Position numbers and translations under genes: made by a program
Notes under the pieces: model-generated
The model's input: only the letters and a program-made list of their open reading frames with translations
Database searches by the model: none
What the model was told of the DNA's origin: nothing
Assembly: GCA_027886975.1 (NCBI GenBank)
Contig: JAPCJK010000001.1
Location: forward strand, 12,892-76,891
From: Nitrososphaerota archaeon
Lineage (GTDB): Archaea > Thermoproteota > Nitrososphaeria > Nitrososphaerales > Gagatemarchaeaceae
DNA: 64,000 bases
Direction of reading: 5' to 3'
Shown: positions 1 through 8,893 of the stretch, in pieces
How the letters are laid out: each line of letters opens with the position of its first letter
How positions within the stretch are numbered: position 1 is the first letter of the stretch

Positions 1-153
1 TCTTCACTGCCGGGTGCGTCAAGCCCGCAAGCGCCAGCCAGTGTCCGGCCCCTGTGTCCTCATGCTCTTATCCGCCACCAAGGGACGGAGGGCCCTCATG
101 AGGATGGGATTTCGGGAATGAGCGCACAGGTTGTGCTGCCTCGGCGTGGAGTA

Positions 154-1125
154 ATGACAACGACCGCGGTGGAACACGTCGTCATCATAATGAAAGAGAA
201 TCACACGTTTGACAATTATTTCGGGACCTTCCCGGGCGCGAATGGGATTAGAATGCCTAGGTCGCCGAACCCTCCCCCGCGCGACCCCAACCACACCCAC
301 GCCGCATGGCTCACTCGAGATACCACGTCGGTAAGGGAGCAGTTTGTGGAACAGGACATTCCGGCATACTTTGACTATGCAAGGAAGTTCACCCTCTGCG
401 ACAACTACTACACGGATGTCGCCGGACCGTCGACTCCGAACCACCTGATGGTAGTTGCGGCGGATTCGCCGGTAATCGACAACCCGCCCCACTTCGGGAC
501 CGCGAGCTTCATGCTCTCCTCCTCGCTTCCTCTGAGTCTTGAGAAGGCGGGTCGGACCTGGAAGAGCTACGGTGGATTCGCCATGAACTATATGTCGGGA
601 ATCAATGCGAAGTGGAAGCAGACCTCGGCCCAGTTCAAGGCAGATGCGAACGCGGGCAATCTTGCAGACGTCTCCTGGGTCTGGGCGCCGGGACAGTACG
701 ACGAGCACCCGCCGTTCGGGAGTGTGAATGGCAATGTCACGGTGGGGATGCAATGGACCGTGGACCAGGTCGCCGCCCTGGTGGCAGGAGGGCTGTGGCA
801 AAAGTCGGTGGTATTCATCACCTGGGACGACTGGGGAGGGTGGTACGACCACGTGAACCCGCCCAATGTGGAGACCTGGACTGGTGGCGGCGCAAGTCCA
901 TCCTACAACGGGACGCAGTTCCGGTACGGTTCAAGGGTTGGATGCCTTGTACTGGGACCTCACGTCAAGGGAGGCTACGTTTCCAAGGCCCTGCACTCGC
1001 ACGTGAGCCTCGTCAAGTTCTGCGAAACAATTTTCGGGGTGAAGCCGATGAACGCACGCGACGCGAGTGCGGACGGCATGTCGGACTGCTTCGACTTCGC
1101 CCAGAGTCCGCTCGCCCCGCCTTAG
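154..1125 (+). CDS. Phosphoesterase family protein (phospholipase C / acid phosphatase AcpA-like)
   Basis: Motifs HVVIIMKENHTFDNYFG, GPSTPNH, DEHP, FITWDDWGGWYDHV, YGSRV. The ORF track starts at 118; ATG 154 sits just before the conserved N-terminus. Confidence 0.9.
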   Translation: MTTTAVEHVVIIMKENHTFDNYFGTFPGANGIRMPRSPNPPPRDPNHTHAAWLTRDTTSVREQFVEQDIPAYFDYARKFTLCDNYYTDVAGPSTPNHLMVVAADSPVIDNPPHFGTASFMLSSSLPLSLEKAGRTWKSYGGFAMNYMSGINAKWKQTSAQFKADANAGNLADVSWVWAPGQYDEHPPFGSVNGNVTVGMQWTVDQVAALVAGGLWQKSVVFITWDDWGGWYDHVNPPNVETWTGGGASPSYNGTQFRYGSRVGCLVLGPHVKGGYVSKALHSHVSLVKFCETIFGVKPMNARDASADGMSDCFDFAQSPLAPP

Positions 1126-1148
1126 GCCTAGTCTCGGGCTTCTTCGGT

Positions 1149-1868
1149 TTAGGGATTGCTTCTGAAGTAACGGGTCAGGGAAACCCCCTTGGCGTCTACT
1201 TTGAGGTTTACCTGCCATCGCTCAACACCCGCCTTCTCGGCAGCTCGTGCGGCCGCGAGTATCCTTCTGTTCGTGCCATCGGGAGCTGGAGGTTTGAAGG
1301 GCTTGGCATCATAGAGAAAGCACAAAACAATCTTGGCCCGCATGCCACTGGCAAGCGACCTTTGTAATTCCCCCATGTGCCTGATCAATCGGTCGAAGGA
1401 ATCGAACCTGCTGCGTTTCACTCTGGCAACTTCACCGCTTGCCGGGAGCATTATCAGAGGCGTTTTCACTTCGACGTAGGCGTTTCCAATTAGGAAATCA
1501 ATCCTTGATTTGCCGAGCTTGACCTCCCTTTGCACTTCGCCCCTGGCCAGACGAGCGAGTGCCCCCTTTCTCAAGAAGAACTCGAAGTATCTGTTGGCTG
1601 CTGTCTGGTTGATTCCCACCCAGCTATTGCTGCGCGGAGAGGTCGAGATGGCTTCTACGGTGTGCGCCGTCTTCCTCTTGACGTTCGTTGACGTTGAATA
1701 GAGACATGGCAATCCCTCCAGTTTCAGGTCGCCCAACCTCCCTGTCGTGGGGCAGTGACATCGGATTGTTTTGCCCTCAGATTTTACCATCATGATGAAC
1801 CTGTTCGGTCGAGAAAGGATTGTGCCCACGCGGAGGGGCCTGGGGAACCTGTAGACTCGCGATTTCAC
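1149..1868 (-). CDS. sfsA: SfsA family DNA/RNA nuclease
   Basis: RPNRF, HCPTTGRL, EVKLGKSRIDFL and YVEVK motifs typical of SfsA (OB fold plus PD-(D/E)xK). Confidence 0.9.
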   Translation of the reverse strand: MKSRVYRFPRPLRVGTILSRPNRFIMMVKSEGKTIRCHCPTTGRLGDLKLEGLPCLYSTSTNVKRKTAHTVEAISTSPRSNSWVGINQTAANRYFEFFLRKGALARLARGEVQREVKLGKSRIDFLIGNAYVEVKTPLIMLPASGEVARVKRSRFDSFDRLIRHMGELQRSLASGMRAKIVLCFLYDAKPFKPPAPDGTNRRILAAARAAEKAGVERWQVNLKVDAKGVSLTRYFRSNP

Positions 1869-1917
1869 TATGTTTCAGCTCTGCCCTCAATATCGGAAAG
1901 CATGACTCTTTGAAGTG

Positions 1918-2625
1918 TCAGAAGTCCCAGAATTCGCTCTTCATCCCGATGGAGTCCCAGTAGGCCATCAGCTCCTCCCTAGGGGGTCTTTCGTATTCTA
2001 GTTCCATCCTGCCTCTCGACAGCGGCCTGCAAACTTCTGCCATCTTCTCAACGGTCAGGGATTCTCCCTCCAGCCCGGGGTTGCTCGCCAGCCAATCCTT
2101 CATGTGTCCCTCGGAGGCGAAGTAGACCATGTTGTTGGAGCAGGTGTTGATCAGATTATCGTACCACTTGGCTACGGGCATGCTCAGGAATATCATCGGC
2201 ATGGGAGGGATGCTGGAACCGACTTTCCCGCGGCTGAGGGAGATCTCTATCGACTCGGCGCAATGGTGGCAGTGGGATTCAACCGTAGCTTCAGCGTCCA
2301 GCATGACATGCATGGAAACGGTGTCCCAGGCGCAGTTCGCGAAATATCGCCTTTCTCCTATTCTGACTCGGAATGGCGTGGTCACAGCAGAGTAAGGGTT
2401 GGCCATCAGGATTCTTTGCGTCCCAGGTACAAGGAGAATGTGATGTTCGGACTCGAGTCCCTTGAACCGCGAGTATGCTTCTTTCCTAGAAACCCGAAAA
2501 TGCTGCATGACTTCCTCCAAGGTGGGCGCTACGGAGTGTTCGAAGAAGCGGTCGAAGATGTACTTTCTGAGAGTCTTCAGATCTGAGTTCATCATCGGCA
2601 ACCCCTCAATCGCGTCGGCCTCCAT
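1918..2625 (-). CDS. merB: Organomercurial lyase MerB-like protein
   Basis: N-terminal wHTH-like region, MANPYSAVTTPF, ANCAWD, CHHC and TCSNNMVYF match the MerB family. Confidence 0.75.
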   Translation of the reverse strand: MEADAIEGLPMMNSDLKTLRKYIFDRFFEHSVAPTLEEVMQHFRVSRKEAYSRFKGLESEHHILLVPGTQRILMANPYSAVTTPFRVRIGERRYFANCAWDTVSMHVMLDAEATVESHCHHCAESIEISLSRGKVGSSIPPMPMIFLSMPVAKWYDNLINTCSNNMVYFASEGHMKDWLASNPGLEGESLTVEKMAEVCRPLSRGRMELEYERPPREELMAYWDSIGMKSEFWDF

Positions 2626-2684
2626 ACCGGCGCTCGTAGATAAGAGTGAGATGTGTGGTTAATACGAGAAGCATCTAGCCCAGG

Positions 2685-3614
2685 ATGATGACCCGAGGCC
2701 AACTGCGACGCATACTGAATGAACTGAATGGGCAGCCGGAGGCATTGGAGAGGTTCGCCCGATCGAAGGTCCCGAAGGCACCACGTGGTTCCATTTTCGT
2801 AGGTGCGGGAGACTCCTATGCTGCGGCGCTTGCCGGGTTCTACGCGTCCAAAGGAAGCTGCACAGCGATCGACCCTTACGCTCTGGCCAGCGTCCCTGAA
2901 ATTGCGAAGGGACGGGAAGTGTTTTTCATTTCTGTATCTGGAAGGACTTCTTCCAACCTCCTCGCAGCGAGAAAGGTCAGTAAACTTGCGAAGATGACAA
3001 CAGCACTGACCGCCGTTCGTGAAAGCAAGCTAGCCGCGCTGACCGACCAGACTGTGGCACTTCCGATGACCTATGTCCCCAAAACGCCAGGTATGCTCTC
3101 TTTCAGCCTCTCGCTGCTCGCGGTCCTCAGCATAGTGAAGGTGGAGGCCTCCTGTGACTTCGAAAAGGCGTTTGAAAGTGCTCAATCGGACCGCAAGAAT
3201 ATTTCATTCGGAGGAGGGACCACCTACTTCCTTGGTAACTCCCTGGCCTATCCAGTGGCCCTCTACGCGGCGGCAAAGACTTACGAATTTCTGGGGGCCA
3301 AGGCGCACGCCGAGTTGGTGGAGGAATTCAGCCACTTGGAGTTGTTCTCGCTGAGGAGATCCGACTCGGTCAACCTGTTTGGATGCTTCGACCCCTCAAG
3401 AATGTCAAGGAAGCTATCGAGAGCACTAGCCGCCCATGGCTACGACTCCCACCAAATCGCAGCCCGCGGCAATTCAGACTTAGAGAGGATCTTCCATTCG
3501 GTCTTCGCATCCCAGCTAGCGGTCCTACACCGGGCTGAGGCTGCAGGGTTGAACGAACCCAAGTTCCTTTCCGCCGGCGACAGGTTGGACGTCAGTGATG
3601 CGATGATTTACTAA
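2685..3614 (+). CDS. SIS-domain phosphosugar isomerase/deaminase-like protein
   Basis: FVGAGDSYAAA, ISVSGRT and EEFSH; two SIS domains. TATA-like TTAATA lies upstream. Confidence 0.8.
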   Translation: MMTRGQLRRILNELNGQPEALERFARSKVPKAPRGSIFVGAGDSYAAALAGFYASKGSCTAIDPYALASVPEIAKGREVFFISVSGRTSSNLLAARKVSKLAKMTTALTAVRESKLAALTDQTVALPMTYVPKTPGMLSFSLSLLAVLSIVKVEASCDFEKAFESAQSDRKNISFGGGTTYFLGNSLAYPVALYAAAKTYEFLGAKAHAELVEEFSHLELFSLRRSDSVNLFGCFDPSRMSRKLSRALAAHGYDSHQIAARGNSDLERIFHSVFASQLAVLHRAEAAGLNEPKFLSAGDRLDVSDAMIY

Positions 3615-3806
3615 TCACAAAGTCGTTGAAGTCATATCTTCCAGCATAGCTGGCATTGCCAGGAAATTGCAGGCCAGTGGACCCGGGCCCGGGGGTAGCC
3701 CGCTGCGTCCCCTGAAGTTGATGACCATTTTCAACCTGGTTCATTGCCGCCTATGCGATGAACTTCCTGGTGCTGTACTACAGCAAGTAGTAGGGTTTCA
3801 CAGGGC

Positions 3807-5195
3807 CTAGGTTTTCTGCTTCCTCATCACGGCGACCAGCTCGCTGACGACCCTCTTCGCGTCGCCGAACACCATCATTGTGTTGGGGTTGTAGAAGAGG
3901 TCGTTCTCTACACCTGAAAAGCCCGGATTCATCGAGCGCTTGACGAAGACGACCGTCTTTGCCTTGTCCACGTCTAGGATCGGCATCCCATAGAGGGGCG
4001 AGTCGGTCTTGGTGCGGGCCGCTGGATTGGTGACGTCGTTGGCACCGACCACAATCACGACATCCGTCTCCGGAAACAACGGGTTGATTCTCTCCATCTC
4101 CCAAAGCTGGTCGTAGGGCACCTGCGCTTCGGCGAGGAGGACGTTCATGTGCCCCGGCATCCGGCCCGCGACAGGATGTATCGCGTATTTCACGTCGACT
4201 CCTCTGGCCTCGAGCACATCGGCCAGCTCCTTGACGACGTGCTGGGCCTGGGCGACCGCCATCCCGTAACCGGGGGCAAACACGACCGAGCGAGCGTTCC
4301 CAAGGACGGTCGCCACATCTTCGACCGTGTACGCCTGGGCTGTCTTCCCTGGCTCTCCCGGTTTGACTGTGGATTCGCTCCTGACTGCGCCCACTCCGCC
4401 GAACAATATATTGACGAAGGAGCGGTTCATCGCTTGGCTCATTATCAGGGCTAGAATCAGCCCAGAAGAGCCGTCCAGCGACCCCGCCACAATCAGCAGT
4501 TTGTTGTTGAGAACGAAACCCAACGCTGCCGCAGAAAGTCCGGCGAACGAGTTGAGTATTGCAATGACCGTTGGCATGTCCGCACCGCCTATCGCTACGA
4601 CCAGCTGGAATCCGAACAGGAGTGCGAGGGCTGCCATCACAGGAAGAATGATCTGTTGATCCTGGTAGGCAACTAGGAGCACCCCTGAGGCAACCGCAGC
4701 CCCCAGGGTCGTGAGGCTGACAACAGTTCTTCCCCGGAACAAGATCGGCCTTCCACTGACAATCCCCTGCAATTTCGCGAATGCCATTATGCTGCCCGTG
4801 AAAGTTAGGAAACCGAGTATCATTTCGGCGGATAGGACTGACATACTGAACGTGTCAATCCCAGGTTGGCCCTGGTAATACTCCGCCACCCCAACAAGCG
4901 CCACTGCCAGCGACCCGAAGGCGTGCGACATCGCGGTCCTTTGAGGGATTCCGGTCATGGCCACCTTGAGACCGATAGGCGCTCCGACTACCGATCCGAT
5001 GACAACGCCGCCAACAAGCAGGTCGACGCGCCCCACGTGAAACGCGTCGAGGGTGGCGACCACGGCCAAGCCCATCCCAGCGACCGCACAGAAGTTGCCA
5101 ACGCGGGAAGTCCTGACTTCGCTCATGAATTTGAGAGAAAGGACGAACAGGACCGCTGACACTATGTAGAGGTACTCGACGATTATGTCAGTCAT
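3807..5195 (-). CDS. pntB: NAD(P) transhydrogenase subunit beta
   Basis: IGGADMPTVIAILNS, PGYGMAVAQAQ, HPVAGRMPGHMNVLLAEA, GANDVTNP; N-terminal TM helices. Confidence 0.97.
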   Translation of the reverse strand: MTDIIVEYLYIVSAVLFVLSLKFMSEVRTSRVGNFCAVAGMGLAVVATLDAFHVGRVDLLVGGVVIGSVVGAPIGLKVAMTGIPQRTAMSHAFGSLAVALVGVAEYYQGQPGIDTFSMSVLSAEMILGFLTFTGSIMAFAKLQGIVSGRPILFRGRTVVSLTTLGAAVASGVLLVAYQDQQIILPVMAALALLFGFQLVVAIGGADMPTVIAILNSFAGLSAAALGFVLNNKLLIVAGSLDGSSGLILALIMSQAMNRSFVNILFGGVGAVRSESTVKPGEPGKTAQAYTVEDVATVLGNARSVVFAPGYGMAVAQAQHVVKELADVLEARGVDVKYAIHPVAGRMPGHMNVLLAEAQVPYDQLWEMERINPLFPETDVVIVVGANDVTNPAARTKTDSPLYGMPILDVDKAKTVVFVKRSMNPGFSGVENDLFYNPNTMMVFGDAKRVVSELVAVMRKQKT

Positions 5196-5500
5196 TTCTT
5201 GGGCTTCCTCTTCTCGAAGAGCTTCAGTATGCGATCCGTGATCAGGAACCCGCTCACGATGTTGGTTGCGGCCAGGGCAACCGCGACCCCAGCGAGCAAC
5301 GAGATTGACGCATCAGTTGTCTCAGACAGTACTATGAGCGCCGCGATGAACGACACAGAGGAGATTGCGTTGGTCAGCGCCATGAGGGGAGTGTGAAGAA
5401 GGCGCGACACGTGTCTGATGAGCTCCTGGCCGAGGAGTGTGGAAAGGAGGAAGATCAGCAGGTCGACCTCCAGGTCGCCTGGGGAGATTGGGATCGTCAG
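5192..5500 (-). CDS. pntAB: NAD(P) transhydrogenase subunit alpha part 2 (membrane)
   Basis: LHTPLMALTNAIS and NIVSGFLITDRIL motifs. The frame stays open upstream of the tracked GTG (5410) through a TM helix to CTG 5500, which overlaps the pntAA stop (CTGA). Confidence 0.92.
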   Translation of the reverse strand: MTIPISPGDLEVDLLIFLLSTLLGQELIRHVSRLLHTPLMALTNAISSVSFIAALIVLSETTDASISLLAGVAVALAATNIVSGFLITDRILKLFEKRKPKK

Positions 5501-6630
5501 TTGTTCCGCTCCAGTGCGTCTTTCAACGGCTTGTACACGACCTCGCCTTTGAGCAGGACCATAGGGTCCTTCACGAGTTGGTCTTGCGTGTCGAGGTTCA
5601 ACTTGCGGTCCTTGACGATGGCGCCAACGAATGAAGCGACGTTCCGAGAGAAGAGTTGGCTCGCCTGCGGTGCCATGTCTGAGGGCACGTTCAACGGTCC
5701 CCTGATGACGATCCCATGCTTCACAACCGTCTTCCCCGGTTCCGTCAATGTGCAGTTCCCGCCTTGCTCGGCTGCCAAATCTATTATCACCGAGCCGGGC
5801 CGCATACCCTTCACCGCGTCTTCCGAGATAAGTATGGGTGCCTTCTTCCCGGGTACAAGGGCGGTCGATATCACAACGTCCGCAACCTTCATGCGTTCAG
5901 CCAAGAGCTCCTGCTGTTTCCTGTAGAAATCCTCTGACTGGGACTTGGCATAGCCTCCGGAAGTCTGCGATTCCTGGGTTTGGAGAGGCAGCTCGACAAA
6001 CTTCGCCCCCAGACTTTCGATTTGCTCTTTGACCGTTGGACGCACGTCGTAGGCCTCCACCACTGCACCCAATCTGTGAGCCGTGGCGATCGCTTGGAGT
6101 CCTGAGACACCGGCTCCCAGAACAAAGACCCTGGCGGGGGCGATGGTACCGGCCGCCATCATCATCAACGGAAAGATCTTCGGCAACATGTCTGCAGCCA
6201 TTGTGACAGCCCTGTATCCCGCGAGGGTCGCCTGCGAGGAAAGAGTGTCCATGGCCTGTGCGCGACTAATCCGCGGCATCAGGTCGAGGGCGAAGGCTGT
6301 CACACCTCTTTCGGAGAGCTTCTTCATCGAAGGCAGATTGTTCAGAGGATAGAGGTAAGAAACAAGGGCGCCACCTTCCTTGAATCTGGCCGCCTCGTCA
6401 ACAGTCGGAACCTGGATCTTCAGAATTAGGTCTGCGTCCTCATACAGGCGTTTTGTGTCATCCACCACGCGTGCGCCAGCTTCGACGAAGGCGGCATCGG
6501 GGAACCCCGCCTGGGCTCCTGCATCCTTCTCAACTTCAATTGTAAGCTGTCCGATTTTAGGAATGGACTCCGGGACGATGGCGACGCGCTTCTCGCCCTC
6601 GGCAGTCTCCCGAGGAACGCCTCCTATCAT
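5497..6630 (-). CDS. pntAA: NAD(P) transhydrogenase subunit alpha part 1 (dI)
   Basis: GEKRVAIVP, PRISRAQAMDTLSSQ, GAGVSGLQAIATA, SGGYAK, DLAAEQGGNC. Confidence 0.97.
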   Translation of the reverse strand: MIGGVPRETAEGEKRVAIVPESIPKIGQLTIEVEKDAGAQAGFPDAAFVEAGARVVDDTKRLYEDADLILKIQVPTVDEAARFKEGGALVSYLYPLNNLPSMKKLSERGVTAFALDLMPRISRAQAMDTLSSQATLAGYRAVTMAADMLPKIFPLMMMAAGTIAPARVFVLGAGVSGLQAIATAHRLGAVVEAYDVRPTVKEQIESLGAKFVELPLQTQESQTSGGYAKSQSEDFYRKQQELLAERMKVADVVISTALVPGKKAPILISEDAVKGMRPGSVIIDLAAEQGGNCTLTEPGKTVVKHGIVIRGPLNVPSDMAPQASQLFSRNVASFVGAIVKDRKLNLDTQDQLVKDPMVLLKGEVVYKPLKDALERNN

Positions 6631-6795
6631 CGCACATGAGCCATCTGCGAGTCGGGTTTAACGTTTGTTCAGTTCGTTTCTGGGGACCAAGGTTTTGGGG
6701 TCTCTCCAACCCCTGTCCCTCAATCTCTATTGTTCGCCATCGAATTTCTTCGCCGCCGAGAACGCTTAAGGGGCGAATCGCGCCTTGCGCTAACT

Positions 6796-8232
6796 GTGAA
6801 CCGGGGAGCAGTCCTCGCGGTCGCGGTCCTGGCCGTGTTGGCGGTTTCCGCCTTCGCATTGCTGACGTCCTCTCCCGGAAAAGTTTCGACCACCAGTGGT
6901 GGGTCGTCGACGACATCCTCGAGCACGTCGACCACATCGACCACGAGCCATTCAACTAGTAGGGCCGGCTGCGGGTCGACGAATAATCCTCTCGTTGATT
7001 GGACCACGTACCATGGAAATAACTCGCGCGCAGGCTATGCTCCTGGCTCTATCGCCTGCGCCAAACCCGACTGGACGTCGCAGAAGCTTGATGGAGCGGC
7101 GTACGCTGAGCCACTTGTGTACACAGGGCTGGTGTTCGTTGCCACCGAGAACGATTCTGTGTATGCCCTTAATGAAACCAACGGGGCAATGGTCTGGAGG
7201 ACCCACATCGGGACTCCGGTGGATGGCTCTACGCTTCCATGTGGTAACATAAGTCCTAGCGGGATAACTGGGACGCCTGTCATTGACCCTGGAACAAACA
7301 CCATCTTCGTCGTAGCGTACGAGGCACCGGCAACGTTACACTATCTTGTGGCGCTGGGCATAACGGATGGCAGGGTCATCTTCTCGCAGCCTGCTGACCC
7401 TCCGGGGGCCATCGTAAAGGTCCAGCAAGAACGAGGGGCGCTGTCCCTGGCAAATGGCATGGTGTACGTTCCATACGGAGGTCTGGACGGGGACTGCGGT
7501 CAGTACCACGGGTGGGTCGTGGGGATCAAGGCTGATGGAAGCGGTGCAATGTTCTCTTATCAGGTTCCGACGGGCAGGGAGGGGGGAATTTGGGCGCCCT
7601 CGGGGGGAGCCATAGACTCAACGGGCAACCTGTTCGTGGCGACAGGCAACGGCGCGTCCTCATCAAACTTCGACTACGGAAACGCAGTGGTGAAGTTATC
7701 GCCGACCCTGCAGAAGCTCGACTACTTTGCTCCATCCAATTGGCTGCAGCTCAACAATGGGGACACGGACCTTGGCTCGGTTGGACCCCTTCTCGTCGGA
7801 CACAATGAGATTTTCCAAATCGGTAAGGAAGGGGTTGGGTACATTCTCAACGCGTCCAACCTTGGAGGGATTGGCGGGCAGATGTACTCGGGGGACGTCT
7901 GCTCGTCGGTCTACGGTGGGACAGCGACGGCGGGGGGTTACGTGTTCGTCCCCTGCTCCGACGGGCTGGTAGCGCTCTCGCTTTCCCCCAACACATTTCA
8001 GGTGCTCTGGAGAAGCCCCGGGTTCCCCTCAGGGCCCCCAATAGTGACGGGGAACGTAGTATGGGCGCTTGACACTTCGAGTGGAATTCTTCACGGGTAC
8101 GATGTGAAGTCGGGGACGTCGCTCTTTTCACTCAGCACCGGGCAGGTCACGCGGTTCACAACTCCGGCAACAGGGGACGGGCGTTTGTTTGTCGGCGCAG
8201 GTTCGAAGATTTTCGCCTTTCAGATATCTTGA
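6796..8232 (+). CDS. Secreted/membrane-anchored PQQ-like beta-propeller protein
   Basis: Hydrophobic N-terminal helix, S/T linker, WTTYHGNNSRAG, repeated VYAL...G...W blades, GGIW, ATGNG, DTDLGS. Start uncertain (ORF track 6730). Confidence 0.8.
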   Translation: MNRGAVLAVAVLAVLAVSAFALLTSSPGKVSTTSGGSSTTSSSTSTTSTTSHSTSRAGCGSTNNPLVDWTTYHGNNSRAGYAPGSIACAKPDWTSQKLDGAAYAEPLVYTGLVFVATENDSVYALNETNGAMVWRTHIGTPVDGSTLPCGNISPSGITGTPVIDPGTNTIFVVAYEAPATLHYLVALGITDGRVIFSQPADPPGAIVKVQQERGALSLANGMVYVPYGGLDGDCGQYHGWVVGIKADGSGAMFSYQVPTGREGGIWAPSGGAIDSTGNLFVATGNGASSSNFDYGNAVVKLSPTLQKLDYFAPSNWLQLNNGDTDLGSVGPLLVGHNEIFQIGKEGVGYILNASNLGGIGGQMYSGDVCSSVYGGTATAGGYVFVPCSDGLVALSLSPNTFQVLWRSPGFPSGPPIVTGNVVWALDTSSGILHGYDVKSGTSLFSLSTGQVTRFTTPATGDGRLFVGAGSKIFAFQIS

Positions 8233-8257
8233 TTTCGTGGATGGCTGCCCACGACTG

Positions 8258-8803
8258 TCAGTCGTGATACTTCTTTTCGCCGGCTCGAGTCGGGACGATT
8301 AGCCAGTTCTCCCTAGGCGGCAAGGGGCAGACAAAGTCCTCGCTGTATGCGCAGTAGGGGTTGTAGGCATAGTTGAAGTCGACGACATACTCGTCATCAT
8401 GCTCCACTTCCAAGTCCAGGTAGCGCGCCGAGCCATAGCTCTCTTTGCCCGAAGTGGCATCCCTGAAGGGAATGAAGAGGTTGGGGTCGGCACGTTCGGC
8501 CGACTGATATGCATGAAGTCGTACCGGCTTTCCGAGGATATTCAGGTCGAAGTATCCCTCCCTGTTGAAGAGTTGGCGTGTCCCCTTGCTTGTCGCCATG
8601 ATCACAGCGTCCGGATTCGAGGCCCTCTGGAGCTTCGCTTCGAACCTGTATGAGGGGTCAGGGTCGAAATACTTCAGCCCCGTGAACCTAGGTTTCTCGC
8701 CGAAGGGGAGCGGGGAATCGTGGCCGGTGAGGTAGAACTTGTCCTTCTCCTCCCTGAATCGGCTGAGCGCCCGTCTCCAAGTCTCCTGCTCTTCAGGAGT
8801 CAT
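8258..8803 (-). CDS. DUF1684 family protein
   Basis: LKYFDPDP, LFIPFRDATSGKESYGSARYLD, DFNYAYNPYCAYS...CPLPPRENWL...AGEK. Real start is ATG 8803; the tracked upstream extension overlaps the M32 gene. Confidence 0.92.
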   Translation of the reverse strand: MTPEEQETWRRALSRFREEKDKFYLTGHDSPLPFGEKPRFTGLKYFDPDPSYRFEAKLQRASNPDAVIMATSKGTRQLFNREGYFDLNILGKPVRLHAYQSAERADPNLFIPFRDATSGKESYGSARYLDLEVEHDDEYVVDFNYAYNPYCAYSEDFVCPLPPRENWLIVPTRAGEKKYHD

Positions 8804-8893
8804 CGAACTCTCAATAACATCGCTCAAACAAGAATCTTGCGCCTCCACTGAAAATCGTTTAAAATCGGCCTTCCTAACGCTAGCTGTTAGCGT

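Noticed and set aside
3705..3745. CTGA followed by TGATGA, resembling the internal D'/C' boxes of an archaeal C/D sRNA, next to a GC palindrome (CCCGGGCCCGGG)
   Set aside because: No properly spaced terminal C box upstream or D box downstream.
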